A stretch of 64,000 bases of DNA from assembly GCA_012840125.1 (NCBI GenBank), contig DULZ01000022.1:19150-83149 (forward strand), in the 5' to 3' direction. The stretch's first letter is position 1. Each line of letters opens with the position of its first letter. A program made the position numbers and the translations under genes. The notes under the pieces were generated by a model. The model was not told the origin of the DNA. It ran no database searches and worked only from the letters and a program-made list of their open reading frames with translations. This document shows positions 19,908-29,585 of this stretch, piece by piece. Source of the DNA: Clostridia bacterium. Lineage in GTDB: Bacteria > Bacillota > DULZ01.

Positions 19908-21611
19908 CTAATAAGGTTCACTGACTACCACATAATCGCCGTCTTCAATCAAATCGAAGAGCTCCCAGTCGGTATCTTCGAAATGCCACCATTCCAACTG
20001 GATGGAACGGAAGCCGGCTTCCCGCATCACTCGCTCCAGCAACTGGGCATTTTGCTTCTGCAGGGGAGTGGCTTGGCGATAGCTCCTGGTGGCCTTCTCC
20101 GTCATATCGTCAAAATCGCTGGGCATATCCAGTTCATTGCCCTCCCAGTCCGTCAGGGTCACATCCACGGCACATCCCCTGGTGTGTTTCGACCCCTTGG
20201 CGGGATGGGCAAAGTAGCTCTTGTCCTCCGCGTTTTCCCACAACTGCAGCTGCACCGATGCCGGGCGATAGCCGTCCCACAGCTTCAGCCGCAGTCCTTG
20301 CCGGTTGAGCATGTCACTGGCATGCTTCAGTTTTTCCGCCGTCTCTATTCTGAGCAGGGCTTCATACCCGGGCTCGTACAGGGGCCTGCCTATAATGTTG
20401 TTGCCGGAGGCATACCGGAGGTCGATAATCAGGTTGGGAATGTATTCCTGTAATTTCACCAGCCGGGCTTTCCCCCGTGCCCGGATGGCTTCTTCCGCCA
20501 TTTTGTACTCCGACAGTTCGTTGATTTTCTGCAGGATCCGGACTACCTCTTTTCCTTTGGCCGGGGTGGGCTGGAAATTGTTCCTATCCCTCGTGGAGGA
20601 AATGTAGCAGGGAATATAATACGGTTCCCTGAATTCCACGATGGACCGGTCAGTGCCGTCAAAGACCACTTCCTGCTGGTAAATGAATGTATCCTGGTCA
20701 GCGGGATTCTTATGGCCGGCATAGCAGAAGTTGCCCAGGCTGTAAACGATGTAACGGTCCCGGTAACGCTCCACTCCTTGAATCACGTGGGGATGGGAAC
20801 CTGCCACCAGATCGGCGCCGGCATCGATGGCCGCATGAGCCAGAGAACGCTGACGTTCCGTGGGCTCATAGCTGTATTCTTGACCCCAGTGAAAATACAC
20901 CAGTACCAAATCATTCCGGCCTTTCAACCATTGAACCTTATTCCGGACCTCCGCTTTCAGCAGTTCATGGTCGACACCTTGCTCGAATTCCCCGAACTCG
21001 TTAAACCCGGCCATCCCGATTTTCACACCCTTGATTACCGTTTCGTACACATCATCGTAGCCGAAATAGCCGATGCCGTAGCTGTCCAGGGCGGCCTTGG
21101 TGTCCTGATATCCCTGTACCCCGTAATCGTAAGTGTGGTTATTGGCCAGGTTGACCACATCCACGTTGCCTGCCGCCAGGATCTGCCCGTACTCGGGTCG
21201 GCCTTTGAACCAAAAGTTGCGGCCGTAGTCAAATTTCTCTTCCCGCCGGGCAACCGCGGTCAAAGGGTTTTCCAAGTTGGCCACGGTCAAGTCATCGGCG
21301 GCGAAAATGTGAGCCACATTGGCAAAAAAATACCCGTAGTCTCCCTGCACCTGCTGCAAGACATCCTCCAGGTAGTGTTCATAGGGAAAACGAAATTCCG
21401 TGCCAATCAGTACGTCTCCGACCAGGCTGATCTTGATCACCACGTCCTCCGGTACCGGGGGCCGGGTTTCGGTCTGGGCAGGCTCGGGCCCGGAACGGGC
21501 CGGTGCCGCCGGGCCAATTAGATGCCACATGTCAAACACATACTTGCCGAACAAGACCATGAAGGCAAGCAATACCAGGGGCACGGTAGTCCTGAGCACC
21601 ATCTTTGCCAT
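19908..21611 (-). CDS. membrane-anchored fusion protein: CapA/PGA-type metallophosphatase domain plus VanX-type D-Ala-D-Ala dipeptidase (M15) domain
   Basis: N-terminal TM anchor followed by a CapA-like region (GDVLIG..., NLEN, ANNHTYDYG, GSHPHV) and a C-terminal VanX-like region (IDLRYA..., HTRGCAVD, WWHFE). ATG at 21611 with AAGGGTGA RBS; the track starts at TTG 21632. Confidence 0.7.
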   Translation of the reverse strand: MAKMVLRTTVPLVLLAFMVLFGKYVFDMWHLIGPAAPARSGPEPAQTETRPPVPEDVVIKISLVGDVLIGTEFRFPYEHYLEDVLQQVQGDYGYFFANVAHIFAADDLTVANLENPLTAVARREEKFDYGRNFWFKGRPEYGQILAAGNVDVVNLANNHTYDYGVQGYQDTKAALDSYGIGYFGYDDVYETVIKGVKIGMAGFNEFGEFEQGVDHELLKAEVRNKVQWLKGRNDLVLVYFHWGQEYSYEPTERQRSLAHAAIDAGADLVAGSHPHVIQGVERYRDRYIVYSLGNFCYAGHKNPADQDTFIYQQEVVFDGTDRSIVEFREPYYIPCYISSTRDRNNFQPTPAKGKEVVRILQKINELSEYKMAEEAIRARGKARLVKLQEYIPNLIIDLRYASGNNIIGRPLYEPGYEALLRIETAEKLKHASDMLNRQGLRLKLWDGYRPASVQLQLWENAEDKSYFAHPAKGSKHTRGCAVDVTLTDWEGNELDMPSDFDDMTEKATRSYRQATPLQKQNAQLLERVMREAGFRSIQLEWWHFEDTDWELFDLIEDGDYVVVSEPY

Positions 21612-21866
21612 GGTAATCACCCTTGTCGACAATTTTTGCCAGCCTTACCGTTATTGTAATTGGTTGTATTACATATTTCAAGAATATTCATACTAAACGG
21701 TGAAGCATATTTCCTAAGCTCCGGTTATTCTGAGTACTCACCAAGAGTCAAGTTTCTGGCCCGTGCCGGAACAACAGCCTGCATTCCTGTCCCGCCGGTG
21801 CTCAATGCCTCTCCTCCTCAGCATCCCAGGCCGGTTTATAATTTCATCAATTGATGCTATAATCTG

Positions 21867-22055
21867 ATGGACGATTTTCTAATTTCTGCACTTATTGAAA
21901 TGCTTAGCAAAGGTGAGGAAATGATGGCACAAACCTGTTCCCATTGCAAGACAACCCTTAGATGGGGTAGCAAGTTCTGCGGGTATTGCGGTACACCGGT
22001 GGCACCGGAGGAACGCCGCTGCCGTAAATATGCAAGTATGAGAAGGGAAAATTGA
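21867..22055 (+). CDS. small zinc-ribbon protein
   Basis: CSHCKTTLRWGSKFCGYCG double CxxC motif, followed by a long structured hairpin at 22075-22126. Confidence 0.35.
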   Translation: MDDFLISALIEMLSKGEEMMAQTCSHCKTTLRWGSKFCGYCGTPVAPEERRCRKYASMRREN

Positions 22056-22260
22056 TCCCGGTATGAACCGGTAAGCACCCGGTCCCCTCTAGCTTCCCAT
22101 CCCCCGTCCCCAAACGGGATGGGACCGGGGTACTGTTGTTGATATTATCAAAGGTTAATGGCCGTGGAAAGTTACTTGCTTGCCATCCACTTTAGCCCCG
22201 TTGGAACAGCAAGGCATACCCAGCTGTTGCATAGCGCTGTTTCCTTAGTTGGAAACAAGA

Positions 22261-22302
22261 AAAAACCAGTCCCTATCCTTAACGATGGGGACTGGTTTTT
22301 TA
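22261..22302 (+). terminator. strong intrinsic terminator (possibly bidirectional)
   Basis: AAAAACCAGTCCC...GGGGACTGGTTTTTT. Confidence 0.6.
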
Positions 22303-22449
22303 ACATTCTTGCTTCCTTGTTTTTCCTTTGTATCATACTCAACGTGGCCCACTTTTGCCGTGATGCTTAGACTATCTTTTATAATTCTTACGAGCAGCGA
22401 AAAGATTTGGTCAAGTCTCTTACTTTTGCCGACCGGTGTTCATGCAGTG

Positions 22450-22491
22450 AAAAAAACAGATAGACTACATAAATTATTATGCAGTCTATCT
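22450..22491 (-). terminator. intrinsic terminator of the rubredoxin gene
   Basis: AGATAGACT...AGTCTATCT stem; the minus strand carries the T-run. Confidence 0.5.
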
Positions 22492-22526
22492 ACTGCCGCA
22501 GGCTGGTTAACCCGTGACCGGCTTTG

Positions 22527-22685
22527 TTATTGCTGTTCAAATTCATCCTTTCCTACACCGCACAAGGGGCATACCCAGTCATCAGGCAATTCTTCAAAAG
22601 GAGTTCCCGGAGCGATACCGCTTTCAGGGTCCCCTACCTCGGGATCGTATTCATACCCGCACACTGTGCAAACCCATTTTTCCAT
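22527..22685 (-). CDS. rub: rubredoxin
   Basis: Not in the ORF track (52 aa). [20 protein letters not shown]...[19 protein letters not shown], with GGGAGGG RBS. Confidence 0.85.
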   Translation of the reverse strand: MEKWVCTVCGYEYDPEVGDPESGIAPGTPFEELPDDWVCPLCGVGKDEFEQQ

Positions 22686-22764
22686 ACTAGCTGTCCCTCC
22701 CAGGGAAAGAATTGGTACATATGATTATAGCTGAATTCTCAGTGCTTTGAAAGCTTTATTTTAT

Positions 22765-23205
22765 TTATTTGACAATCAAAATGGGGATATGCACGGCATG
22801 ACATACCTTTTCACTCACGCTGCCTAAAAGGATCTCCTGCCAGTTGCCTAGACCCCGGCTGCCTATAACCACCAGGTCATAACCGTCAGCATTGGCGGTT
22901 TCCGCAATCTTTTCCGCCGCATGCCCCACTTCAAAACGGGTCCGGACCCGGATGTCTTTTTCCCGGAGTACTGCTAAAGTGCGGTCAAGAACCGGCTGGG
23001 CTTTGCCGGCTAAGGCTTCTTCGAAAGTAACTGTGTCGGAGGCCAATTCGTGCTGCAGTTCCGTGGTTAGTTCCGGGGTGAGCGTCAGCACGTGCAGCAC
23101 GGTTACTTCGGCGCCGGGGATTAGGGCAGCCAATTCCCGTGCCGCTTCCGCTGCTTTCAGCGCGTGGGTAGAACCATCCGTTGCCAAAAGGATTTTCTGG
23201 TACAT
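22765..23205 (-). CDS. universal stress protein UspA family
   Basis: Usp ATP-binding fold (ILLATDGS..., VVIGSRGLG..GSV). Second Met chosen for GGAAAGGA RBS. Confidence 0.75.
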   Translation of the reverse strand: MYQKILLATDGSTHALKAAEAARELAALIPGAEVTVLHVLTLTPELTTELQHELASDTVTFEEALAGKAQPVLDRTLAVLREKDIRVRTRFEVGHAAEKIAETANADGYDLVVIGSRGLGNWQEILLGSVSEKVCHAVHIPILIVK

Positions 23206-23448
23206 ACAATGCATCCTTTCCCTCGAGTTTTGGTCCGGTGTTATTAACCATTACCTAATATTCCCTCAAAAATCTATTTCTACTTTCCGGCGAGAATTCC
23301 TTGTGGACACAGGAACATAACCGGGCAGAGGCAAGAAATATCATTGAAATTGTCGAAACAAGTATTATAAGATGGAAGTAACAAAAGCCGGTACAGGCGC
23401 ATATGATGTCATCCCCAAACAGCATGCTCAGAAAGGAGAGGAGAGACC

Positions 23449-24030
23449 GTGTTGAAGACCTTAGTGGTGCTGGTGGCGGCCTACTTGTTAGGCTCCATAC
23501 CGGTGGCGTACCTGTTGGTGAGGAAGGCTTATGGCCGGGACATCAGGCGCATCGGCAGCCGCAACGTGGGCGGCATGAATGTGGCGCGCCATGTGAGTTT
23601 CGGGCTGGGCTTGTTGACGATCTGCCTGGATATGGCCAAAGGTATCTTAGCCTTGCTCCTGGCCAAATACTGGGCAGGCACGACCGCGGCTTTAGTGCTG
23701 GCGCCTGCTCTGGTGATTGCCGGTGATATCTGGCCGGTATTCCTCGGTTTCCGGGGCGGCAAAGGACTGGCGGCCGGGTTTGGGTCTCTGCTGGTGGTCA
23801 ATGGCTGGCTGGCTTTTTGGGTATGCTTTGCCATGGGGATGGTAGTAATCCTCAGCCGGAATGCTGACTTGGCTGTTTTGGTGGCGTGCATCCTGCTTCC
23901 TTTCCTGTCCTGGTGGCAGTTGGGCGGCTTCGGCTGGTTTTTCTTCGGGGTGCTGGTAGCCTTGCCGGTGGTGGCTAGACTCTGGTCACCGCCCGGGCGG
24001 ACCCTTCACTATAGATTCTTGAGTCATTAA
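23449..24030 (+). CDS. plsY: glycerol-3-phosphate acyltransferase PlsY
   Basis: GSxNxGxxNV motif (IGSRNVGGMNV) and a polytopic membrane profile. GTG start with GAAAGGAGAGGAGAG RBS. Confidence 0.85.
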   Translation: MLKTLVVLVAAYLLGSIPVAYLLVRKAYGRDIRRIGSRNVGGMNVARHVSFGLGLLTICLDMAKGILALLLAKYWAGTTAALVLAPALVIAGDIWPVFLGFRGGKGLAAGFGSLLVVNGWLAFWVCFAMGMVVILSRNADLAVLVACILLPFLSWWQLGGFGWFFFGVLVALPVVARLWSPPGRTLHYRFLSH

Positions 24031-24287
24031 GTCATGGAAACGGCGTGCTGGCATGCAGCAGCCGGATACCTCAGGGGCGGTTTGGCGCCGGGAGGCGCCG
24101 CCGTCCTTTTTGCACGCCAACATCAGAAGAGTAGCAAAAGCGGGAAAAGTGGAACTTGGCCAGCAGGAGAGGAGATAGCCAATTACAGTCGAATTCTCTC
24201 TAAGAACCAAAAATTCCATGCTTATTTGTTGCTGCACCGGTTGATGCTAGTGTGAGCAGAGATTAATGGCGGAAAGGAGAATGCCCA

Positions 24288-25460
24288 ATGTATCAATTGA
24301 ATCCTCCCCAGCGGATCCTATTGGGGCCCGGGCCCAGCGATGTCCATCCCCAAACCCTGCAAGCCCAGGCGCTGCCTCTCATCGGCCACATGGACCCCGC
24401 TTTCATCGAAATCATGAATCAAGTAGCTGAAATGCTGCGGGCAGTGTACGGCACGAAAAACCATTTGACCCTCCCCATCTCGGCTACCGGCAGTGCCGGC
24501 ATGGAAACGGTGATGGTGAACCTGCTCGAGCCCGGCGATAAGGCTTTGATCTGTGTCAACGGCCTTTTTGGCGAAAGAATGACGGACGTGGCGGCCAGGA
24601 CCGGGGCAGAGGTTACCAGGGTAGACGCCCCTTGGGGAGAGGCCATCGACCCGGCCAAAGTAGCGGAAGCCATGGCGAAGGATCAGTATAAATTAGTAGG
24701 CATCGTCCATGCGGAAACGTCCACGGGGGTGAAGCAGCCCCTGGAAGAGATTGCTAAGATCGCCCATGATCACGGTGTTTTGTTTGTGGTGGACTGCGTT
24801 ACTTCCATTGGGGGCATTCCAATTGAAGCTGATCAGGTAGGCATTGATGCTGCTTACGCCGGCACCCAGAAATGCTTGTCCGCACCTCCCGGGCTGTCAC
24901 CGGTGACTTTCAACGACCGTGCGGTAGATGTGATAATGAACCGGAAGACCAAGGTCCAAAGCTGGTATTTGGACCTGAGCATGATTGCCAAGTATTGGGG
25001 CGGAACCACCAGGGCATATCACCATACCGCTCCCATTTCCAGTGTCTACGCCATCCACGCCGCGTTACGCCTGATTCACGAGGAAGGTCTGGAAAACGTA
25101 TTTGCCCGCCATGCCAAGAACGGCCTCGCACTACAGAAAGGTTTGGAAGCCATGGGGCTTAAGCTGGTGGTAGAAAACGCGGATCACCGTTTGCCCGAGT
25201 TGACCACTGTCTATGTTCCGGAAGGAATCGCGGATGGAGCCGTCCGTTCCCGCTTGTTGCATGAATACGGCATTGAAATCGGCGGCGGCTTGGGTGTCTT
25301 TGCCGGGAAAATCTGGCGCATCGGCCTCATGGGGCACTCCTGCCGCAAGCGGAACGTGCTGATGGTCTTGTCCGCCCTGGAAACGATATTGTCCCAAATG
25401 GGCTACCGGTGCGAGAAAGGCGCTGCCATGGCGGCGGCGGAAGCGGTGTATGCCGATTAA
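24288..25460 (+). CDS. class-V aminotransferase (serine-pyruvate / alanine-glyoxylate type)
   Basis: AGT-like fold with a PLP-Lys region (GTQKCLSAPPG). Confidence 0.8.
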   Translation: MYQLNPPQRILLGPGPSDVHPQTLQAQALPLIGHMDPAFIEIMNQVAEMLRAVYGTKNHLTLPISATGSAGMETVMVNLLEPGDKALICVNGLFGERMTDVAARTGAEVTRVDAPWGEAIDPAKVAEAMAKDQYKLVGIVHAETSTGVKQPLEEIAKIAHDHGVLFVVDCVTSIGGIPIEADQVGIDAAYAGTQKCLSAPPGLSPVTFNDRAVDVIMNRKTKVQSWYLDLSMIAKYWGGTTRAYHHTAPISSVYAIHAALRLIHEEGLENVFARHAKNGLALQKGLEAMGLKLVVENADHRLPELTTVYVPEGIADGAVRSRLLHEYGIEIGGGLGVFAGKIWRIGLMGHSCRKRNVLMVLSALETILSQMGYRCEKGAAMAAAEAVYAD

Positions 25461-25536
25461 CCGGATAAAGCACATTGGTTCATTGCTTGCTGTACTCCAT
25501 CCACCTTGCATCGGGTTAATAGATGCAAGAAACGGT

Positions 25537-25569
25537 AACTGGGCTCATCACCATGGGCCCAGTTTTTTA
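25537..25569 (+). terminator. intrinsic terminator
   Basis: AACTGGGC...GCCCAGTT followed by TTTTT. Confidence 0.6.
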
Positions 25570-25829
25570 CTCCCTTTGTCTGGGCAATGAACGTTGGGTT
25601 TTGGGGGAGTTTGGTCTCGCATTGTTTCGCCGGGTTGGAAGATGGCAAAATACATATTGCCAAATAGGCGCCGAAAAACAATGATAGCGGCAAGTTTATT
25701 TATCATTGGCTGCACTGTTGGGAGCCAAAATGGCATTTTCAGACAAGCAGGCAAGTATTTTGCAGGATATTGACTTAAGGTGCTGAATTAACTCATTAGA
25801 ATTGTTTGTGGGGGCCGGAGGTGGTAGTG

Positions 25830-26672
25830 ATGTCAGTATGCCCGATGGATTTTAAACCAGAATATAATCTTTTGGCTGATGCATATCTGGGTAGCAAAGA
25901 AAAACTCAATGAAAAACTAAGAAAGCTGGCACAAATGGCCAAGTCGGAAGATTGGGATTTCAAAGACGAGCGATATAGAGACGAGTCAAAGCCGTTCTCG
26001 ATTCTATATAACTATCTAAACTTTACTTATGATCGCTTGAAGGAAGAGGGGAAACTGGCATTTTCCCCCGATGGGACAGCGATGTGTTTCAATACCGGTT
26101 TGCAAACAGATTTGGACAATGATATTTATGCTTTTTTCATTAAGAACATGATTCCGGGCAAACAACCATGGTACCTCGTGAAGTTTTGTGAGCCTCATGA
26201 CAGAGAACTGGCGGTGTTCAGCAAGTTACCCGATATCGCCGAATATATAGATAATGCCTCGGATTTAATATTTGATAGTAAGTTGCTGCCGATACGTGTT
26301 AACTATGAACATATCATTAGAGACAATAGAGAAAGGTTTTCTTCTGTAGTTGACTATGACGAGTACGAGCTGCGCCAGAGCGTTGAAAGTGCCATTAAAC
26401 GAGTTGAGGAAAGGGTGCGTCGAAACTACAAAATTGCTATCCCTCAATACTATCCTGTTAAATCGGAGAATATTTCAAAAATACAGTTGCTGTTGCCTTT
26501 ATGTTTGAAAAGCCCTCACAAGGCGGATTTAGCATTGGTGGTCAGTAGAGAAGGAAATGCTTATATAGCCAAGACCGTACTACCGCTGGATTGGGCTTAC
26601 ATGAATTCCAGGCGCATTGTGAGACCTGATGCTGACTGGATATTGGAACAATTTGGCGGCGGGGATAAATGA
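25830..26672 (+). CDS. hypothetical protein encoded in a low-GC islet (no family assignable by eye)
   Basis: Clean 280-aa ORF with GGAGGTGG RBS. Codon usage is markedly AT-richer than its neighbours. Flanked by about 250 nt and about 490 nt of AT-rich noncoding DNA, with tRNA-Ala downstream. Confidence 0.5.
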   Translation: MSVCPMDFKPEYNLLADAYLGSKEKLNEKLRKLAQMAKSEDWDFKDERYRDESKPFSILYNYLNFTYDRLKEEGKLAFSPDGTAMCFNTGLQTDLDNDIYAFFIKNMIPGKQPWYLVKFCEPHDRELAVFSKLPDIAEYIDNASDLIFDSKLLPIRVNYEHIIRDNRERFSSVVDYDEYELRQSVESAIKRVEERVRRNYKIAIPQYYPVKSENISKIQLLLPLCLKSPHKADLALVVSREGNAYIAKTVLPLDWAYMNSRRIVRPDADWILEQFGGGDK

Positions 26673-27124
26673 AATAGATAATTCTTGAACAATCCGTTGC
26701 TTTTGAATGGGACTTAGAGTATAATTTTACTGCGCAGAGGTTAAAATCTACCTAGATATTAAGTGCTGTTTTGTACACATGTAAGAGCCAAGATTTATTA
26801 TTAAAGAGCGTTGCGCTGACTAGCCAGAGAAATTTGGACAGATTTAAAACGTATGCAAAAGTGATATTTAACGTACAGTTAAGAGTGACAGAAGATTTAA
26901 AGACGAAGAGCAGGCATTAGCCTGCTCTTAGCCTGTTGACGAACGTTGTCAACAGGCTTCTTAAGTCATCCCTGGGATGCATGAAAAATCGTATGAGCTA
27001 TCTACTGGCGCAGGGTTGTTGCCTGGGCTGTCAGGTGGGGTTCGCATTTTTCAAATCCAATGATAACAAGAAACTAGAAACAGGCATTTTTTGATATGCT
27101 TCTCACAAACCTTTCCCATGCATA

Positions 27125-27153
27125 TTGAATTTGATGTCCAGTTGGTGTATAAT
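27125..27153 (+). promoter_or_regulatory. sigma-A promoter of tRNA-Ala (TTGAAT-17-TATAAT)
   Basis: Near-consensus hexamers with a 17-nt spacer, 12 nt upstream of the tRNA 5' end. Confidence 0.45.
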
Positions 27154-27165
27154 TAGCAACATCAC

Positions 27166-27241
27166 GGGCGTGTAGCTCAGCTGGGAGAGCGTCTGGTTCG
27201 CATTCAGAAGGTCGAGGGTTCGAGTCCCTTCACGTCCACCA
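27166..27241 (+). tRNA. tRNA-Ala (anticodon CGC), encoded CCA
   Basis: Cloverleaf folded by hand. G3:U70 alanine identity pair, anticodon loop TTCGCAT, T-loop GGTTCGAGTCC. Confidence 0.9.
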
Positions 27242-27244
27242 TGG

Positions 27245-27282
27245 AAAGGCTGTCACCGAAAAGGGGGCAGCCTTTTTTATTT
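27245..27282 (+). terminator. intrinsic terminator after tRNA-Ala
   Basis: AAAGGCTG...CAGCCTTTTTT. Confidence 0.6.
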
Positions 27283-27518
27283 TGTCTTCATCCCTGCCTG
27301 TGCTCACCCGGCCGGGACAAACCCATGGGCGAAAAGAGGCCACCACAAGTAGAACAGGTCGCGTCGGATTACGAGTGCGCAGTCCGGGCAGGAGGAGAGA
27401 TATCCGTATGACTACCGGGGCAAAGGGTTCGTGAACGGGGTACTGCGCGATGTACATGGAGATTACCGGTGGTACGAGAGGAGAGGAGGGGAGCCTAAGG
27501 TAACCCTCCTCCATGTTT

Positions 27519-28319
27519 TTAAGGATGATGGCTTTGCATGGGCAAGCAAATAGGGCCGGAGCCGGCGCCGAGACGGTGCCGGCTGGCTGCCTGCAGGCGC
27601 TGCCAGACGTAATCTTTGGCCCTGGCAATGGCCTCCACCGGCGGCAGGTCGAAGCACAAGTACGCGGCGACGGCGGCGGCCAGGGTACAGCCGGTGCCGT
27701 GCTGGTTTCTGGTTGCAATTCTCGGCTTGGCGAATTCATGGAATACAGCGCCGTCGTAATAGAGGTCAATGGCTGTGTCTCCTTGGAAGTGTCCCCCTTT
27801 GAGCAGTACTCCTTTGGCCCCCAGGTGATGGATGCGCCGGGCCGCTTCGCGGGCAGTCTCAAGGCCGCTGATTTTCATCCCCGCCAGCAGCTCGGCTTCG
27901 TGTTTGTTGGGGGTAATGATGAGAGCCAGGGGGATTAATTTCTCCCGGACCACTGCCACGGCATTTTCTTCCAATAGCAAATCCCCGCTGGTGGCTACCA
28001 TTACCGGGTCCAGTACCACCTTTTCCAGGCGATATTCCCTGAGCTTGGCGGCCACCGTGGCGGCAATTTCCGCGTTGCCCAGCATGCCGATTTTGACGGC
28101 GTCGGCCCCCAAGTCGGAAAGGACGGCGTCAATCTGGGCTGCCACAACCGGTGCCGGAATGTAGTGAATGGCGGTCACCCCCAGGGTGTTTTGCGCCGTG
28201 ACGGCGGTGATGGCGCTCATGCCGAAAACACCGGTGTTTTCAAAGGTTTTCAGGTCCGTTTGGATGCCGGCTCCCCCGCCGGAATCGGAGCCGGCAATTG
28301 TTAAGGCTTTTTTAATCAT
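27519..28319 (-). CDS. thiD: hydroxymethylpyrimidine/phosphomethylpyrimidine kinase ThiD
   Basis: ThiD/PdxK ribokinase-like motifs ([18 protein letters not shown]). The ATG overlaps the stop of the upstream HAD gene (ATGATTAA). Confidence 0.85.
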   Translation of the reverse strand: MIKKALTIAGSDSGGGAGIQTDLKTFENTGVFGMSAITAVTAQNTLGVTAIHYIPAPVVAAQIDAVLSDLGADAVKIGMLGNAEIAATVAAKLREYRLEKVVLDPVMVATSGDLLLEENAVAVVREKLIPLALIITPNKHEAELLAGMKISGLETAREAARRIHHLGAKGVLLKGGHFQGDTAIDLYYDGAVFHEFAKPRIATRNQHGTGCTLAAAVAAYLCFDLPPVEAIARAKDYVWQRLQAASRHRLGAGSGPICLPMQSHHP

Positions 28320-28962
28320 GTTTTTCCTCACCTTGTAAATATTTAATAATATCCCGGAAATCCTCAAAAGGCCGGTAAGGGATGCTCCTGCGGCGGCAGT
28401 AGTCAGCCAGGCTCCTTTTGGCAAACACCATATCGGCCAGATAAACGGGACAGCGGTCGGAATAGCCGTCGCCGATATAGACCCTGGTGCTGTGCTCGTC
28501 CATTAAATCCAAAATAAGCTTGCTCTTGCAGGCGCCGCAGCGGCCGCACTTTTCATTATAGTAAGGGGCCTCGATATCCCAGCCGTCCGGGCCCAGGCGC
28601 AACTTGTTGGCGTAGAAGGGGATTTCCAGCCCGTGTTTCTGTAAAATCAATTCAATATAATCCTCATACCCGTCGCTTAAAATGTAGACGGGGTAACCTT
28701 GTTTTCTGGCCCAGGCTGCAAAGGCGGGGAAACCGGGATCCAGCTGTTGGGACGCGGCCAATGCAGCCAGTTCAGCCCTACTCATGGTGACCATCGCCAG
28801 GGTTTCCCGGGCACAGTCCACGGTGGACAGGGTTCCCTCTTCCCACCGCCGGTTCAGTTCTTCCCACCCGGGCCGGGCATACTGCATGATCATGGCTTCG
28901 CAGACATCCCGGCAGGTGACGGTGCCGTCGAAGTCGATGAAGAACATCAATTTCTTTTCCAT
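28312..28962 (-). CDS. HAD-IB family phosphatase (MtnX/PSPase-like) embedded in the thi operon
   Basis: HAD motif [11 protein letters not shown], with the motif III/IV region (GDGYSD). Confidence 0.65.
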   Translation of the reverse strand: MEKKLMFFIDFDGTVTCRDVCEAMIMQYARPGWEELNRRWEEGTLSTVDCARETLAMVTMSRAELAALAASQQLDPGFPAFAAWARKQGYPVYILSDGYEDYIELILQKHGLEIPFYANKLRLGPDGWDIEAPYYNEKCGRCGACKSKLILDLMDEHSTRVYIGDGYSDRCPVYLADMVFAKRSLADYCRRRSIPYRPFEDFRDIIKYLQGEEKHD

Positions 28963-29585
28963 AGCTGCGCCACCCTTTGGGCCGCTTTTTCGATATCCGG
29001 CGCTCCCATGATAGCCGATACCACGGCTACCCCGTCCACGCCGGTCTTTTGTACTTCAGGGAGGTTTTCCGCATTAATGCCCCCGATGGCCACCAGGGGC
29101 AGCCTTGTGGCTTGCCGCAGCCGGTGCAGGCCGTCGAGACCGATGGGAGCACCGGCATCTCCTTTGGTGCCGGTGGCAAAAACCGGCCCGGCACCGAAAT
29201 AGTCCACTCCCGCTTCCAGCCCTTCTTGTATTTCCTCCCGCTTGCTGATCGATAAGCCCAGAATTTTATCCGGCCCCAGCAGGGCGCGGGCTACCTTCGC
29301 CGGCAGGTCAGACTGACCCACATGCAGCCCGGCGGCATCGACGGCTAGGGCAATATCCAGCCGGTCGTTGATAATGAGCGGGACATGACGGGGACGCAAA
29401 GCTTCCTTCAAGGCCAGGGCCAATTGGAAGAAATCCCGGCTGGAGGCCTCCTTTTCTCTCAACTGGACTACCGTGACACCGCCAGCCACGGCCTGCAGCA
29501 CCGCTGTGACTAAGTCCCGCCCCCGCAAAAAGCTCCTGTCAGTGACCAGGTACAAGGAATAGTCTATTCTGTCCTTTTCTGCCAT
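28947..29585 (-). CDS. thiE: thiamine-phosphate synthase ThiE
   Basis: TIM-barrel ThiE motifs (VQLREK, IINDR, GPVFAT). Confidence 0.85.
   Translation of the reverse strand: MAEKDRIDYSLYLVTDRSFLRGRDLVTAVLQAVAGGVTVVQLREKEASSRDFFQLALALKEALRPRHVPLIINDRLDIALAVDAAGLHVGQSDLPAKVARALLGPDKILGLSISKREEIQEGLEAGVDYFGAGPVFATGTKGDAGAPIGLDGLHRLRQATRLPLVAIGGINAENLPEVQKTGVDGVAVVSAIMGAPDIEKAAQRVAQLWKRN

Noticed and set aside
20712-21521. 269-aa plus-strand ORF opposite the CapA-VanX fusion gene
   Set aside because: Antisense shadow. The opposite strand encodes two recognisable enzyme domains.
24028-24255. ORF in the same frame immediately after the plsY stop
   Set aside because: The stop is TAA, and the region holds a GC hairpin plus T-run terminator, not coding sequence.
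27230-27862. 210-aa minus-strand ORF spanning tRNA-Ala, its terminator and the thiD 3' end
   Set aside because: Overlaps a tRNA and a terminator. The Pro/Ala/Arg-rich composition is typical of antisense translation of GC-rich DNA.
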